From NCBI GenBank assembly GCA_965649205.1, contig CBFGJV010000034.1:1-16523 (forward strand): DNA of 16,523 nt, given 5' to 3'. Below the pieces are notes generated by a model. It searched no databases. It was not told the origin of the DNA and worked only from the letters and a program-made list of their open reading frames with translations. Below, one piece after another: positions 15,322-16,523 of this stretch. Numbering within the stretch: position 1 is the first letter of the stretch; each line of letters starts with the position of its first letter. The DNA is from a candidate division WOR-3 bacterium. GTDB taxonomy: Bacteria > Hydrothermota > Tepidihabitantia > Tepidihabitantales > Tepidihabitantaceae. The translations under genes were made by a program, and so were the position numbers.

Positions 15322-16523
15322 AGAGCCTCCTTGGTTGCGGGTTTGCTGTTAGGGGCAACAACTTCGGCCAGAGGTGTCCAGCCTCTGATACCTGTGACTT
15401 GGGCAAGGACTGTCTGACCAATGCGGACGCTACCAGAGACAATTACGATACGGTTGTTTCGCGTGCGGCCGAGCATGCCTTCTCCTCGCGGCGCAGGAGC
15501 TTCTATGAGCACTTCGACCGTCTGGCCTAAGAGAGAAACATTACGTTCGTAAGTGATGCGGTTCTGCGTAGCGATGAGTATATTCAGTCTGCGGCCGGAT
15601 TCTGCTTCCGACACTTGGGGTTGCAGATCGGCCGCCGGCGTGCCGGGCCGGGCAGAGAATCTGAACATGTAAGCCTGATCGAACCGTACCTGACGTATGA
15701 GGTCTAGGGTGTCCTGAAAATCCGCTTCGGATTCAGAGGGAAAACCTACCATAACGTCGGTGGTGAGCCCCAGCTCCGGCAGCAAATCCCGGGCCAGCGC
15801 AATTTTTTCAAGATACTCCTCGCGCGTATAGCCCCGGTTCATCATCTGCAATATGCGATTGGAACCGGATTGTACCGGCAGGTGCAGGGCGGGGCATACA
15901 GAAGGCAGGCGAGTGAGTGCCTGCAGCAGGCGCAGGTCAAGGTCCCGGGGATGCGAGGTAAGAAAACGTATCCTGCTCAGATGGGGAATGGTGCAGATAT
16001 GCTCCAATAGGGAAACAAAGTCGTGTCCGTCATGCTTATAAGCCAGAACATTTTGCCCCAGGAGGGTAAGGTCTTTGATGCCTCTCTCAGCTAGTTTCGT
16101 GGCTTCAGCCATTATTTGGTGCAGGGATTTGGACCTTTCCCGTCCTCGGGTATAGGGGACAATGCAGTAGGAGCAGTAGTTGTCGCAACCTCGCATTATG
16201 GTGATGGAGGCGCATACCGGATGGGTCGGTTCGGCGAAAATTCCTTCGTAACACTCCTGGTTCTGCTCGACGTTGACTACCGGCTTCCTACTGGTGCGCA
16301 CCTGAGCAATAAGCTCGGGAAGCTGGCGATATTGGTCCGGGCCCAGTACCAAATCACAAAGCCCCTGTTCTACCAGAGATTGTCTGAGGTTCTGAGACAT
16401 GCAGCCCAAAACAGCGGAGACCAGTTCGGGGCGTCTTCGGCGCAGAGAACGTAGGGTGGCCAGATAGCCGAGTGCCCGCTGTTCTGCGTGCTGGCGAACT
16501 GCGCAGGTCAGGAGCAGAATTAC
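15303..16523 (-). CDS. miaB: tRNA-2-methylthio-N6-dimethylallyladenosine synthase MiaB, 5' end beyond the window
   Basis: The frame stays open to the window edge (VILLLTCAVRQHAEQR...VLGCMSQ, UPF0004 domain). Radical SAM GCDNYCSYCIVPYTRGRERS, LLGQNV, RIRFLTSHP, HLPVQSGS, C-terminal TRAM domain (GRTRNN). Confidence 0.96.
   Translation of the reverse strand, partial: VILLLTCAVRQHAEQRALGYLATLRSLRRRRPELVSAVLGCMSQNLRQSLVEQGLCDLVLGPDQYRQLPELIAQVRTSRKPVVNVEQNQECYEGIFAEPTHPVCASITIMRGCDNYCSYCIVPYTRGRERSKSLHQIMAEATKLAERGIKDLTLLGQNVLAYKHDGHDFVSLLEHICTIPHLSRIRFLTSHPRDLDLRLLQALTRLPSVCPALHLPVQSGSNRILQMMNRGYTREEYLEKIALARDLLPELGLTTDVMVGFPSESEADFQDTLDLIRQVRFDQAYMFRFSARPGTPAADLQPQVSEAESGRRLNILIATQNRITYERNVSLLGQTVEVLIEAPAPRGEGMLGRTRNNRIVIVSGSVRIGQTVLAQVTGIRGWTPLAEVVAPNSKPATKEALCLHLE

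Noticed and set aside
16409..16523. miaB starting at 16409 as in the ORF track
   Set aside because: The frame is open to the window end and encodes the conserved TCAVR motif, so the true start lies outside the window.

Overview
A 16.5 kb bacterial chromosomal window made mostly of housekeeping genes. It looks diderm (LapA/LapB-like pair, T9SS-like sorting domain), and the C25/Kelch-like surface protein style suggests candidate division WOR-3 or a related FCB-like lineage (inference only). Gene order: two carbohydrate ABC permeases (minus, the downstream one cut by the window edge); divergent gdhA, type I L-asparaginase and UPF0104/LPG-synthase-TM flippase-like gene (plus); Minf_1886-family gene and DinG/YoaA helicase (minus); a divergent 1009-aa secreted gingipain-like C25 protein with Ig/CARDB, six Lys-rich Kelch-like repeats and a T9SS-like C-terminal domain (plus); then miaB (partial)-lapA-lapB-like-mutS (minus). 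I see no rRNA, tRNA, CRISPR array or mobile element. The best leads are a structured, uORF-containing gdhA leader, unannotated small ORFs whose stops overlap downstream starts, apparently leaderless transcripts at both divergent promoters, a His-to-Tyr change in the C25 catalytic motif, and a LapB-like protein without the rubredoxin domain. None is a proven new system.
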